Source of the DNA: Eledone cirrhosa
Lineage: Eukaryota
Assembly: GCA_964016885.1 (NCBI GenBank)
Contig: OZ024741.1
Span: 400,458,001 to 400,522,000, forward strand
Reading direction: 5' to 3'
DNA: 64,000 bases
In this document: one piece after another, positions 20,601 to 35,600 of the stretch
Numbering within the stretch: position 1 is the stretch's first letter
How the letters are laid out: each line of letters starts with the position of its first letter
Position numbers and translations under genes: made by a program
The notes under the pieces: generated by a model
Database searches by the model: none
Seen by the model: the letters and a program-made list of their open reading frames with translations, nothing else
What the model was told of the DNA's origin: nothing

Positions 20601-23600
20601 ATGAGAGATGGGACAATAGAAGTTATTCAGAGAAGAAACTGTCAAGAGAGCTGGACAACAGAAGGTGTTCAGAGAAGAAATTTTCAAGAGAGCTGGACAA
20701 CAGGTCATCAGAGAAGAAACTGTCAGGGGAGCTGGACAGTAGAAGGTCTGGAGAGACGAAACTGTCAAGAGAGCTGGACAACAGAAGGTCTTCAGAGAAG
20801 AAACTGACAGGAGAGTTGGACAACAGAAGGTCTTCAGAGAAGAAATTGTCAGGAGAGCTGGACAACAGAAGGTCTTCAGAGAATAAACTGTCAAGAGAGA
20901 TGGACAACAGATGGTCTTCAGAGAAGAAACTCTCTGGACAGATGGACAAGAGATGGTTTCAGAGAAGAAACACTCGGGAGAGCTGGACAACACATGGTCT
21001 TCAGAGAAGCAACACTCAAGAGAAGTGGACAGTACAAGTTCTTCAGAGAAGAAACTCTCGGGAGAGCTGGACAACAGAAAGTCTTCAGGGAAGAAACCCT
21101 CAAGAGAGCTGGATATTAGAAGTTCTTCAGTAAAGAAACTATCAGGAGAGCTGGACAACAGATATTCTTCAGAGAAGAAACTGTCGGGAGAGCTGCACAA
21201 CAGATGGTCTTCAGAGAAGAAACTGTCAGGAGAGCTGGACAGTAGAAGGTCTTCAGAGAAGAAACTCTAGGGGGAGCTGGACAACAGATGGTATTCAGAG
21301 AAGAAACCCTCAAGAGAGATGGACAGTAGAAAGTCTTCAGAGTAGAAACTGTCAAGAGAGCTGGACAACAGAAGGTCTTGAGAGAAGACACTGTCAGGAG
21401 AGATGTACAACAGATGGTCTTCAGAGAAGAAACTCTCGGGAGAGCTGGACAACACATGGTCTTCAGAGAAGAAACTGTCAAGAGAGATGGACAGTAGAAA
21501 GTCTTCAGAGAAGAAACTTTCAGGAGAGCTGGACAACAGATGGTCTTCAGAGAAGAAACTCTCTGGAGAGCTGCGCATTGGAAGGTCTTCGGGCTAGAAA
21601 CTGTCAGGAGAGTTGGACAACAGAAGTTCTTCAGAGAAGAAACTTTCGGAAGAGATGGACAACAGATGGTCTTCAGAGAAGAAACTGTCAGGGGAACTGG
21701 ACAGTAGGTCTTCAGAGAAGAATCTCTCGGGAGAGCTGGACAACAAAAAGGTCTTGAGAGAGAAACTGTCAAGAGAGCTGGACAACAGAAGGTCTTCAGA
21801 GAAGAAACTGCCAGGAGAGCTTGACAACAGAAGGTCTTCAGAGAAGAAATTGTCAGGAGAGCTGGACAACAGACGGTCTTCAGCGAAGAAACTTTCAAGA
21901 GAGATGGACAACAGATGGTCTTCAGAGAAGAAACTCTCTTGACAGATGAACAACAGATGGTCTTCAGAGAAGAAACACTCGGGAGAGCTGGACAACAGAT
22001 GGTCTTCAGAGAAGCAACACTCAAGAGAGCTGGACAGTACAAGTTCTTCAGAGAAGAAACTCTCAGAGAGCTGGACAACAGAAAGTCTTCAGGGAAGAAA
22101 CCCTCAAGAGAGCTGGACATTAGAAGTTCTTTAGTAAAGAAACTATCAGGAGAGCTGGACAACAGATGGTCTTCAGAGAAGAAACTGACGCGAGAGCTGC
22201 ACAACAGAAGGTCTTCAGAGAAGAAACTCTCAGGAGAGCTGGACAACAGATGGTTTTCAGAGAAGAATCCCTCATGAGAGCTGGGCAGTTGAAGGTCTTC
22301 AGAGAAGAAACTGTCAGGAGAGCTGGACAACATATGGTCTTCACAGAAGAAACTCTCGGGAGAGCTGGACAACAGATGGTCTTCAGAGAAGAAACCCTCA
22401 AGAGAGCTGCACAATGGAAGGTCTTCAGGGTAGTAATTGTCAGGAGAGCTGGACAACAGATAGCCTTCAGAGAAGAAACTCTCGGGAGAGATGGACAACA
22501 GATGGTCTTCAGAGAAGAAACTGTCAGGAGGGCTGGACAGTAGAAGGTCTTCAGAGAAGAAACTCTAGGGGGAGCTGGAAAACAGATGGTATTCAGAGAA
22601 GAAACCCTCAAGAGAGATGGACAGTAGAAAGTCTTCAGAGAAGAAACTTTCAGGAGAGCTTGACAACAGATGGTCTTCAGATAAGAAACTGTCAAGGGAG
22701 CTGGACAGTAGAAGGTCTTCAGAGAAGAATCTCTTGGGAGAGCTGGACAACAAAAAGGTCTTGAGAGAGAAACTGTCAGGAGAGATGGATAACAGATGGT
22801 CTTCAGAGAAGAAACGCTCGAGAGAGCTGGACAACAGAAGGTCTTCATAGAAGAAACTGTCAGGAGAGATGGACAACAGAAGGTCTTCAGAAAAGAAACT
22901 GTCAAGAGAGCTGGACAACAGAAGGTCTTCAGAGAAGAAACTGTCAGGAGAGATGGACAACAGAAGGTCTTCAGAGAAGAAACTGTCAAGAGAGCTGGAC
23001 AACAGATGTTCAGAGAAGAAACTGTCAAGAGAGATGGACAACAGAAGGTCTTCGGAGAAGAAACTGTCAGGAGAGATGGACAACAGACGGTCTTCAGAGA
23101 AGAAACTGTCAAGAGAGTTGGACAACAGTAGGTCTTCAGAGAAGAAACTGTCAAGAGAGCTGGACAACAGAAGGTCTTCAGAGAAGAAACTGTCAAGAGA
23201 GATGGACAACATAAGGTCTTCAGAGAAGAAACTGTCAAGAGAGCTGGACAACAGAAGGTCTTCAGAGAAGAAACTGTCAGGTGAGATGGACAACAGTAGG
23301 TCTCCAGAGAAGAAACTGTCCAGAGAGCTGGACAACAGAAGGTCTTCAGAGAAGAAACTGTCAAGAGAGCTGGGCAACAGAAGGTATTCAGAGAAGAAAC
23401 TGTCAAGAGAGCTGGGCAACAGAAGGTATTCAGAGAAGAAACTGTCAAGAGAGCTGGACAACAGAAGGTCATCAGAGAAGAAATTGTCAAGAGAGCTGGA
23501 CAACAGAAGGTCTTCAGAGAAGAAACTGTCAGGAGAGATGGACAACAGAAGGTCTTCAGAGAAGGAACTGTCAAGAGAGCTGGACAATAGAAGGTCTCCA

Positions 23601-26600
23601 GAGAAGAAACTCTCGGGAGAGATGGACAACAGAAGGTCTTCAGAGAAGAAACTCTCAGGAGAGCTGGACAACATATGGTCTTCACAGAAGAAACCCTTAA
23701 GAGAGCTGGACAGTAGAAGGTCTTCAGAGAAGAAACTCTCGGGAGGGCTGGACAACAGATGGTCTTCAGGGAAGAAACTGTCAGGAGAGCTGGACAGTAG
23801 AATGTCTTCAGAGAAGAAACTCTAGGGGTAGCTGGACAACAGATGGTCTTCAGAGAAGAAACCCTCAAGAGAGATGGACAGTAGAAAGTCTTCAGAGAAG
23901 AAACTTTCAGGAGAGCTGGACAACAGATGGTCTTCAGAGAAGAAACTCTCGGGAGAGCTGCACATTGGAAGGTCTTCGGGCTAGAAACTCTCAGGAGAGT
24001 TGGACAACAGAAGGTTTTCAGAGAAGAAACTTTCGGGAGAGACAGACAATAGATGGTCTTCAGAGAAGAAACTTTCCGGGGAGCTGGACAGTAGGTCTTC
24101 AGAGAAGAATCTCTCGGGAGAGCTGGACAACAAAAAGGTCTTGAGAGAGAAACTGTCAGGAGAGATAGACAACAGATGGTCTTCAGAGAAGAAACGCTCG
24201 GGAGAGCTGGACAACAGATGGTCTTCAGAGAAGAAACTGTCAACAGAGATGGACAACAGAAGTTCTTCAGAGAAGAAACTGTCAAGAGAGCTGGTCAACA
24301 GAAGGTCTTTAGAGAAGAAACTGTCCAGAGAGCTGGACAACAGAAGGTCTTCATAGAAGAAACTGTCAGGAGAAATGGACAACAGAAGGTCTTCAGAAAA
24401 GAAACTGTCAAGAGAGCTGGACAACAGAAGGTCTACAGAGAAGAAACTGTCAGGAGAGATGGACAACAGAAGGTCTTCAGAGAAGAAACTGTCAAGAGAG
24501 CTGGACAACAGATGTCCAGAGAAGAAACTGTCAAGAGAGATGGACAACAGAAGGTCTTCAGAGAAGAAACTGTCAAGGGAGCTGGACAACAGAAGGTCTT
24601 CAGATAAGAAACTGTCAGGAGAGATGGACAACAGAAGGTCTTCAGAGAAGAAACTGTCAAGAGAGCTGGACAACAGAAGGTCTTCAGAGAAGAAACTGTC
24701 AGGAGAGCTGGGCAGCAGAAGGTCTTCAGAAAGAAACTGTCATGAGAGATGGACAACAGAAGGTCTTCAGAGAAGAAACTGTAATGGGAGCTGGACAACG
24801 GAAGATCTTCAGAGAAGAAACTGTTAAGAAAGCTGGACAACAGAAGGTCTTCAGAGAAGAAAATTTCGGGAGAGATAGACAACAGATGGTCTTCAGAGAA
24901 GAAACACTCGGGAGAGCTGGACAACAGATGGTCTTCAGAGAATAAACTGTCAAGAGAGATGGACAACAGATGGTCTTCAGAGAAGAAACTCTCGGGACAG
25001 ATGGAAAACAGATGGTCTTCAGAGAAGAAACACTCGCGAGAGCTGGACCACAGATGTTCTTCAGAGAAGCAACACTCAAGAGAGCTGGATAGTACAAGTT
25101 CTTCAGAGAAGAAACTCTCGGGAGACCTGGACAACAGAAAGTCTACAGGGAAGAAACCCTCAAGAGAGCTGGATATTAGAAGTTCTTCAGTAAAGAAACT
25201 ATCAGGAGAGCTGGACAACAGATGGTCTTCAGAGAAGAAACTGTCGGGAGAGCTGCACAACAGAAGGTCTTCAGAGAAGAAACTCTCAGGGGAGCTGGAC
25301 AACAGATGGTTATCAGAGAAGAATCCCTCATGAGAGCTGGGCAGTAGAAGGTCTTCAGAGAAGAAACTGTCAGGAGAGCTGGACAACATATGGTCTTTAC
25401 AGAAGAAACTCTCGGGAGAGCTGCACAATGGAAGGTCTTCAGGGTAGTAATTGTCAGGAGAGCTGGACAACAGATAGTCTTCAGAGAAGAAACTCTCGGG
25501 AGAGCTGGACAGTAGAAGGTCTTCAGAGAAGAAACTCTAGGGGGAGCTGGACAACAGATGGTATTCAGAGAAGAAACCCTCAAGAGAGATGGACAGTAGA
25601 AAGTCTTCAGAGTAGAAACTGTCAAGAGAGCTGGACAACAGAAGGTCTTGAGAGAAGACACTGTCAGGAGAGATGGACAACAGATGGTCTTCAGAGAAGA
25701 AACTGTCAAGAGAGTTGGACATCAGAAGGTCTTCAGAGAAGAAACTCTCGGGAGAGCTGGACAACAGATGGTCTTCAGAGAAGAAACCCTCAAGAGAGCT
25801 GCACATTGGAAGGTCTTCGGGCTACATACTGTCAGGAGAGTTGGACAACAGAAGTTCTTCAGAGAAGAAACTTTCGGGAGAGATAGACAACAGATGGTCT
25901 TCAGAGAAGAAACTGTCAGGGGAGCTGGACAGTAGGTCTTCACAGAAGAATCTCTCGGGAGAGCTGGACAACAAAAAGGTCTTGAGAGAGAAACTGTCAA
26001 GAGAGCTGGACAACAGAAGGTCTTTAGAGAAGAAACTGCCAGGAGAGCTTGACAACAGAAGGTCTTCAGAGAAGAAATTGTCAGGAGAGCTGGACAGCAG
26101 AAGGTCTTCAGAGAAGAAACTTTCAAGAGAGATGGACAACAGATGGTCTTCAGAGAAGAAACTCTCTTGACAGATGGACAACAGATGGTCTTCAGAGAAG
26201 AAACACTCTGGAGAGCTGGACAACAGATAGTCTTCAGAGAAGCAACACTCAAGAGAGCTGAACAGTACAAGTTCTTCAGAGAAGAAGCTCTCAGAGAGCT
26301 GGACAACAGAAAGTCTTCAGGGAAGAAACCCTCAAGAGAGCTGGACATTAGAATTTCTTCAGTAAAGAAACTATCAGGAGAGCTGGACAACAGATGGTCT
26401 TCAGAGAAGAAACTGTCAGGAGAGCTGGACAACACAAGGTCTTCAGAGAAGAAACTCCCGGGAGAGATGGACAACAGATGGTCTTCAGATAAGAAACTGT
26501 CAGTGGAGCTGGACAGTAGAAGGTCTTCAGAGAAGAATCTCTTGGGAGAGCTGGACAACAAAAAGGTCTTGAGAGAGAAACTGTCAGGAGAGATGGACAA

Positions 26601-29600
26601 CAGATGGTCTTCAGAGAAGAAACGCTCGAGAGAGCTGGACAACAGAAGGTCTTCATAGAAGAAACTGTCAGGAGAGATGGACAACAGAAGGTCTTCAGAA
26701 AAGAAACTGTCAAGAGAGCTGGGCAACAGAAGGTATTCAGAGAAGAAACTGTCAAGAGAGCTGGGCAACAGAAGGTATTCAGAGAACAAACTGTCAAGAG
26801 AGCTGGACAACAGAAGGTCTTCAGAGAAGAAATTGTCAAGAGAGCTGGACAACAGAAGGTCTTCAGAGAAGAAACTGTCAGGAGAGATAGACAACAGAAG
26901 GTCTTCAGAGAAGGAACTGTCAAGAGAGCTGGACAATAGAAGGTCTCCAGAGAAGAAACTCTCGGGAGAGATGGACAACAGAAGGTCTTCAGAGAAGAAA
27001 CTCTCAGGAGAGCTGGACAACATATGGTCTTCACAGAAGAAACCCTTAAGAGAGCTGGACAGTAGAAGGTCTTCAGAGAAGAAACTCTCGGGAGGGCTGG
27101 ACAACAGATGGTCTTCAGGGAAGAAACTGTCAGGAGAGCTGGACAGTAGAATGTCTTCAGAGAAGAAACTCTAGTAGTAGCTGGACAACAGATGGTCTTC
27201 AGAGAAGAAACCCTCAAGAGAGATGGACAGTAGAAAGTCTTCAGAGAAGAAACTTTCAGGAGAGCTGGACAACAGATGGTCTTCAGAGAAGAAACTCTCG
27301 GGAGAGCTGCACATTGGAAGGTCTTCGGGCTAGAAACTCTCAGGAGAGTTGGACAACAGAAGGTCTTCAGAGAAGAAACTTTCGGGAGAGACAGACAATA
27401 GATGGTCTTCAGAGAAGAAACTTTCCGGGGAGCTGGACAGTAGGTCTTCAGAGAAGAATCTCTCGGGAGAGCTGGACAACAAAAAGGTCTTGAGAGAGAA
27501 ACTGTCAGGAGAGATAGACAACAGATGGTCTTCAGAGAAGAAACGCTCGGGAGAGCTGGACAACAGATGGTCTTCAGAGAAGAAACTGTCAACAGAGATG
27601 GACAACAGAAGTTCTTCAGAGAAGAAACTGTCAAGAGAGCTGGTCAACAGAAGGTCTTTAGAGAAGAAACTGTCCAGAGAGCTGGACAACAGAAGGTCTT
27701 CATAGAAGAAACTGTCAGGAGAAATGGACAACAGAAGGTCTTCAGAAAAGAAACTGTCAAGAGAGCTGGACAACAGAAGGTCTACAGAGAAGAAACTGTC
27801 AGGAGAGATGGACAACAGAAGGTCTTCAGAGAAGAAACTGTCAAGAGAGCTGGACAACAGATGTCCAGAGAAGAAACTGTCAAGAGAGATGGACAACAGA
27901 AGGTCTTCAGAGAAGAAACTGTCAAGGGAGCTGGACAACAGAAGGTCTTCAGATAAGAAACTGTCAGGAGAGATGGACAACAGAAGGTCTTCAGAGAAGA
28001 AACTGTCAAGAGAGATGGACAACAGAAGGTCTTCAGAGAAGAAACTGTCAAGAGAGCTGGACAACAGAAGGTCTTCAGAGAAGAAACTGTCAAGAGTGCT
28101 GGAAAACAGAAGGTCTTCAGAAAAGAAACTGTCAGGAGAGCTGGACAGCAGAAGGTCTTCAGAAAGAAACTGTCATGAGAGATGGACAACAGAAGGTCTT
28201 CAGAGAAGAAACTGTAATGGGAGCTGGACAACGGAAGATCTTCAGAGAAGAAACTGTTAAGAAAGCTGGACAACAGAAGGTCTTCAGAGAAGAAAATTTC
28301 GGGAGAGATAGACAACAGATGGTCTTCAGAGAAGAAACACTCGGGAGAGCTGGACAACAGATGGTCTTCAGAGAATAAACTGTCAAGAGAGATGGACAAC
28401 AGATGGTCTTCAGAGAAGAAACTCTCGGGACAGATGGAAAACAGATGGTCTTCAGAGAAGAAACACTCGCGAGAGCTGGACCACAGATGTTCTTCAGAGA
28501 AGCAACACTCAAGAGAGCTGGATAGTACAAGTTCTTCAGAGAAGAAACTCTCGGGAGACCTGGACAACAGAAAGTCTACAGGGAAGAAACCCTCAAGAGA
28601 GCTGGATATTAGAAGTTCTTCAGTAAAGAAACTATCAGGAGAGCTGGACATCAGATGGTCTTCAGAGAAGAAACTGTCGGGAGAGCTGCACAACTGAAGG
28701 TCTTCAGAGAAGAAACTCTCAGGAGAGCTGGACAACAGATGGTTATCAGAGAAGAATCCCTCATGAGAGCTGGGCAGTAGAAGGTCTTCAGAGAAGAAAC
28801 TGTCAGGAGAGCTGGACAACATATGGTCTTTACAGAAGAAACTCTCGGGAGAGCTGCACAATGGAAGGTCTTCAGGGTAGTAATTGTCAGGAGAGCTGGA
28901 CAACAGATAGTCTTCAGAGAAGAAACTCTCGGGAGAGCTGGACAGTAGAAGGTCTTCAGAGAAGAAACTCTAGGGGGAGCTGGACAACAGATGGTATTCA
29001 GAGAAGAAACCCTCAAGAGAGATGGACAGTAGAAAGTCTTCAGAGTAGAAACTGTCAAGAGAGCTGGACAACAGAAGGTCTTGAGAGAAGACACTGTCAG
29101 GAGAGATGGACAACAGATGGTCTTCAGAGAAGAAACTGTCAAGAGAGTTGGACATCAGAAGGTCTTCAGAGAAGAAACTCTCGGGAGAGCTGGACAACAG
29201 ATGGTCTTCAGAGAAGAAACCCTCAAGAGAGCTGCACATTGGAAGGTCTTCGGGCTACATACTGTCAGGAGAGTTGGACAACAGAAGTTCTTCAGAGAAG
29301 AAACTTTCGGGAGAGATAGACAACAGATGGTCTTCAGAGAAGAAACTGTCAGGGGAGCTGGACAGTAGGTCTTCACAGAAGAATCTCTCGGGAGAGCTGG
29401 ACAACAAAAAGGTCTTGAGAGAGAAACTGTCAAGAGAGCTGGACAACAGAAGGTCTTCAGAGAAGAAACTGCCAGGAGAGCTTGACAACAGAAGCTCTTC
29501 AGAGAAGAAATTGTCAGGAGAGCTGGACAGCAGAAGGTCTTCAGAGAAGAAACTTTCAAGAGAGATGGACAACAGATGGTCTTCAGAGAAGAAACTCTCT

Positions 29601-32600
29601 TGACAGATGGACAACAGATGGTCTTCAGAGAAGAAACACTCGCGAGAGCTGGACCACAGATGTTCTTCAGAGAAGCAACACTCAAGAGAGCTGGATAGTA
29701 CAAGTTCTTCAGAGAAGAAACTCTCGGGAGACCTGGACAACAGAAAGTCTACAGGGAAGAAACCCTCAAGAGAGCTGGATATTAGAAGTTCTTCAGTAAA
29801 GAAACTATCAGGAGAGCTGGACAACAGATGGTCTTCAGAGAAGAAACTGTCGGGAGAGCTGCACAACAGAAGGTCTTCAGAGAAGAAACTCTCAGGAGAG
29901 CTGGACAACAGATGGTTATCAGAGAAGAATCCCTCATGAGAGCTGGGCAGTAGAAGGTCTTCAGAGAAGAAACTGTCAGGAGAGCTGGACAACATATGGT
30001 CTTTACAGAAGAAACTCTCGGGAGAGCTGCACAATGGAAGGTCTTCAGGGTAGTAATTGTCAGGAGAGCTGGACAACAGATAGTCTTCAGAGAAGAAACT
30101 CTCGGGAGAGCTGGACAGTAGAAGGTCTTCAGAGAAGAAACTCTAGGGGGAGCTGGACAACAGATGGTATTCAGAGAAGAAACCCTCAAGAGAGATGGAC
30201 AGTAGAAAGTCTTCAGAGTAGAAACTGTCAAGAGAGCTGGACAACAGAAGGTCTTGTGAGAAGACACTGTCAGGAGAGATGGACAACAGATGGTCTTCAG
30301 AGAAGAAACTGTCAAGAGAGTTGGACATCAGAAGGTCTTCAGAGAAGAAACTCTCGGGAGAGCTGGACAACAGATGGTCTTCAGAGAAGAAACCCTCAAG
30401 AGAGCTGCACATTGGAAGGTCTTCGGGCTACATACTCTCAGGAGAGTTGGACAACAGAAGGTCTTCAGAGAAGCAACACTCAAGAGAGCTGAACAGTACA
30501 AGTTCTTCAGAGAAGAAGCTCTCAGAGAGCTGGACAACAGAAAGTCTTCAGGGAAGAAACCCTCAAGAGAGCTGGACATTAGAATTTCTTTAGTAAAAAA
30601 ACTGTCAGGAGAGCTGGACAACAGATGGTCTTCAGAGAAGAAACTGTCGGGAGAGCTGGACAACACAAGGTCTTCAGAGAAGAAACTCCCGGGAGAGATG
30701 GACAACAGATGGTCTTCAGATAAGAAACTGTCAGTGGAGCTGGACAGTAGAAGGTCTTCAGAGAAGAATCTCTTGGGAGAGCTGGACAACAGATGGTCTT
30801 CAGAGAAGAAACCCTCAAGAGAGCTGCACATTGGAAGGTCTTCGGGCTACATACTGTCAGGAGAGTTGGACAACAGAAGTTCTTCAGAGAAGAAACTTTC
30901 GGGAGAGATAGACAACAGATGGTCTTCAGAGAAGAAACTGTCAGGGGAGCTGGACAGTAGGTCTTCACAGAAGAATCTCTCGGGAGAGCTGGACAACAAA
31001 AAGGTCTTGAGAGAGAAACTGTCAAGAGAGCTGGACAACAGAAGGTCTTCAGAGAAGAAACTGCCAGGAGCGCTTGACAACAGAAGTGCTTCAGAGAAGA
31101 AATTGTCAGGAGAGCTGGACAACAGATGGTCTTCAGAGAAGAAACCCTCAAGAGAGATGGACAGTAGAAAGTCTTCAGAGAAGAAACTTTCAGGAGAGCT
31201 GGACAACAGATGGTCTTCAGAGAAGAAACTCTCGGGAGAGCTGCACATTGGAAGGTCTTCGGGCTAGAAACTCTCAGGAGAGTTGGACAACAGAAGGTCT
31301 TCAGAGAAGAAACTTTCGGGAGAGACAGACAATAGATGGTCTTCAGAGAAGAAACTTTCCGGGGAGCTGGACAGTAGGTTCTTCAGAGAAGAATCTCTCG
31401 GGAGAGCTGGACAACAAAAAGGTCTTGAGAGAGAAACTGTCAGGAGAGATAGACAACAGATGGTCTTCAGAGAAGAAACGCTCGGGAGAGCTGGACAACA
31501 GATGGTCTTCAGAGAAGAAACTGTCAACAGAGATGGACAACAGAAGTTCTTCAGAGGAGAAACTGTCAAGAGAGCTGGTCAACAGAAGGTCTTTAGAGAA
31601 GAAACTGTCCAGAGAGCTGGACAACAGAAGGTCTTCATAGAAGAAACTGTCAGGAGAAATGGACAACAGAAGGTCTTCAGAAAAGAAACTGTCAAGAGAG
31701 CTGGACAACAGAAGGTCTACAGAGAAGAAACTGTCAGGAGAGATGGACAACAGAAGGTCTTCAGAGAAGAAACTGTCAAGAGAGCTGGACAACAGATGTC
31801 CAGAGAAGAAACTGTCAAGAGAGATGGACAACAGAAGGTCTTCAGATAAGAAACTGTCAGGAGAGATGGACAACAGAAGGTCTTCAGAGAAGAAACTGTC
31901 AAGAGAGATGGACAACAGAAGGTCTTCAGAGAAGAAACTGTCAAGAGAGCTGGACAACAGAAGGTCTTCAGAGAAGAAACTGTCAGGAGAGCTGGGCAGC
32001 AGAAGGTCTTCAGAAAGAAACTGTCATGAGAGATGGACAACAGAAGGTCTTCAGAGAAGAAACTGTAATGGGAGCTGGACAACGGAAGATCTTCAGAGAA
32101 GAAACTGTTAAGAAAGCTGGACAACAGAAGGTCTTCAGAGAAGAAAATTTCGGGAGAGATAGACAACAGATGGTCTTCAGAGAAGAAACACTCGGGAGAG
32201 CTGGACAACAGATGGTCTTCAGAGAATAAACTGTCAAGAGAGATGGACAACAGATGGTCTTCAGAGAAGAAACTCTCGGGACAGATGGAAAACAGATGGT
32301 CTTCAGAGAAGAAAAACTCGCGAGAGCTGGACCACAGATGTTCTTCAGAGAAGCAACACTCAAGAGAGCTGGATAGTACAAGTTCTTCAGAGAAGAAACT
32401 CTCGGGAGACCTGGACAACAGAAAGTCTACAGGGAAGAAACCCTCAAGAGAGCTGGATATTAGAAGTTCTTCAGTAAAGAAACTATCAGGAGAGCTGGAC
32501 AACAGATGGTCTTCAGAGAAGAAACTGTCGGGAGAGCTGCACAACAGAAGGTCTTCAGAGAAGAATCCCTCATGAGAGCTGGGCAGTAGAAGGTCTTCAG

Positions 32601-35600
32601 AGAAGAAACTGTCAGGAGAGCTGGACAACATATGGTCTTTACAGAAGAAACTCTCGGGAGAGCTGCACAATGGAAGGTCTTCAGGGTAGTAATTGTCAGG
32701 AGAGCTGGACAACAGATAGTCTTCAGAGAAGAAACTCTCGGGAGAGCTGGACAGTAGAAGGTCTTCAGAGAAGAAACTCTAGGGGGAGCTGGACAACAGA
32801 TGGTATTCAGAGAAGAAACCCTCAAGAGAGATGGACAGTAGAAAGTCTTCAGAGTAGAAACTGTCAAGAGAGCTGGACAACAGAAGGTCTTGAGAGAAGA
32901 CACTGTCAGGAGAGATGGACAACAGATGGTCTTCAGAGAAGAAACTGTCAAGAGAGTTGGACATCAGAAGGTCTTCAGAGAAGAAACTCTCGGGAGAGCT
33001 GGACAACAGATGGTCTTCAGAGAAGAAACCCTCAAGAGAGCTGCACATTGGAAGGTCTTCGGGCTACATACTGTCAGGGGAGCTGGACAGCAGAAGGTCT
33101 TCAGAGAAGAAACTTTCAAGAGAGATGGACAATAGATGGTCTTCAGAGAAGAAACTCTCTTGACAGATGGACAACAGATGGTCTTCAGAGAAGAAACACT
33201 CTGGAGAGCTGGACAACAGATAGTCTTCAGAGAAGCAACACTCAAGAGAGCTGAACAGTACAAGTTCTTCAGAGAAGAAGCTCTCAGAGAGCTGGACAAC
33301 AGAAAGTCTTCAGGGAAGAAACCCTCAAGAGAGCTGGACATTAGAATTTCTTTAGTAAAGAAACTGTCAGGAGAGCTGGACAACAGATGGTCTTCAGAGA
33401 AGAAACTGTCGGGAGAGCTGGACAACACAAGGTCTTCAGAGAAGAAACTCCCGGGAGAGATGGACAAAAGATGGTCTTCAGATAAGAAACTGTCAGTGGA
33501 GCTGGACAGTAGAAGGTCTTCAGAGAAGAATCTCTTGGGAGAGCTGGACAACAAAAAGGTCTTGAGAGAGAAACTGTCAGGAGAGATGGACAACAGATGG
33601 TCTTCAGAGAAGAAACGCTCGAGAGAGCTGAACAATGGAAGGACTTCAGGGTAGAAAGTGTCAGGAGAGCTGGACAACAGAAGTTCTTCAGAGAAGAAAC
33701 TGTCAAGTGAGTTGGACAGTAGAAGGTCTTCAGAGAAGAAACTGTCAAGAGAGCAGGTCAACAGAAGGCGTTCAGAGAAGAAACTGTCAAGAGAGAAGGA
33801 CAACAGAAAGTCTTTAGAGAAGAAACTGTCCAGAGAGCTGGACAACAGAAGGTCTTCATAGAAGAAACTGTCAGGAGAGATAGACAACAGATGTTCAGAG
33901 AAGAAACTGTAAAGAGAGATGGACAACAGAAGGTCTTCAGAGAAGAAACTGTCAGGAGAGATGGACAACAGACGGTCTTCAGAGAAGAAACTGTCAAGAG
34001 AGCTGGACAACAGCAGGTCTTCAGAGAAGAAACTGTCAAGAGAGATGGACAACAGAAGGTCTTCAGAGAAGAAACTGTCAAGAGAGATGGTCAACAGAAG
34101 GTCTTCAGAGAAGAAACTGTCAGGTGAGATGGACAACAGAAGGTCTTCAGAGAAGAAACTGTCAAGAGAGCTGGACAACAGAACGTCTTCAGAGAAGAAA
34201 TTGTCAAGAGAGCTGGACAACAGAAGGTGTTCAGAGAAGAAACTGTCAGGAGAGATGGACTACAAATGGTCTTCAGAGAAGAAACTGTCAAGCGAGCTGG
34301 TAATCAGAAGGTCTTCAGTGAAAAAACTGTCAAGAGAGCTGGACAACAGAAGGTCTTCAGAGAAGAAACTGTCAGGAGAGATGGACAACAGAAAGTCTTT
34401 AGAGAAGAAACTGTCCAGAGAGCTGGACAACAGAAGGTCTTCATAGAAGAAACTGTCAGGAGAGATAGACAACAGATGTTCAGAGAAGAAACTGTAAAGA
34501 GAGATGGACAACAGAAGGTCTTCAGAGAAGAAACTGTCAGGAGAGATGGACAACAGACGGTCTTCAGAGAAGAAACTGTCAAGAGAGCTGGACAACAGCA
34601 GGTCTTCAGAGAAGAAACTGTCAAGAGAGATGGTCAACAGAAGGTCTTCAGAGAAGAAACTGTCAGGTGAGATGGACAACAGAAGGTCTTCAGAGAAGAA
34701 ACTGTCAAGAGAGCTGGACAACAGAAGGTCTTCAGAGAAGAAATTGTCAAGAGAGCTGGACAACAGAAGGTCTTCAGAGAAGAAACTGTCAGGAGAGCTG
34801 GGCATCAGAAGGTCTTCTGAAAGAAACTGTCATGAGAGATGGACAATAGAAGGTATTCAGAGAAGAAACTGTCAAGAGAGCTGGGCAACAGAAGCTCTTC
34901 AGAGACGAAACTGTCAAGAGAGATGGACAACAGAAGGTCTTCACAGAAGAAACTGTCAAGAGAGCTGGACAACAGAAGGTCTTCAGATGAGAAAGTGTGA
35001 GGAGAGATGGACAACAGAAGGTCTTCACAGAAGAAACTGTCAAGAGTGCTGGACAACAGAAGGTCTTCAGAAAAGAAACTGTCAGGAGAGCTGGGAAGCA
35101 GAAGGTCTTCAGAAAGAAACTGTCATGAGAGATGGACAACAGAAGGTATTCAGAGAAGAAACTGTCAAGAGAGCTGGACAATATGTCATCAGAGAAGAAA
35201 CTGTCATGAGAGATGGACAACAGAAAGTCTTAAGAGAAGAAACTTTCGGGAGAGATAGACAACAGATGGTCTTCAGAGAAGAAACTGTCAGGGGAGCTGG
35301 ACAGTAGAAGGTCTTGAGAGACGAAACTGTCAAAGGAGCTGGACAACAGAAGGTCTTCAGAGAAGAAACTGCCTGGAGAGCTGGACAACAGAAGGTCTTC
35401 AGAGAAGAAACTCTCGGTAGAGAGTGACAACAGATGGTCTTCAGTGAAGAAACAGTCAGGAGAGCTGGACAGTAGAAGGTCTTCAGAGAAGAAACTCTAG
35501 GGGTAGCTGGACAACAGATGGTCTTCAGAGAAGAAACTGTCAAGAGAGATGGTCAACATAAGGTCTTCAGAGAAGAAACTGTCAAGAGAGCTGGACAACA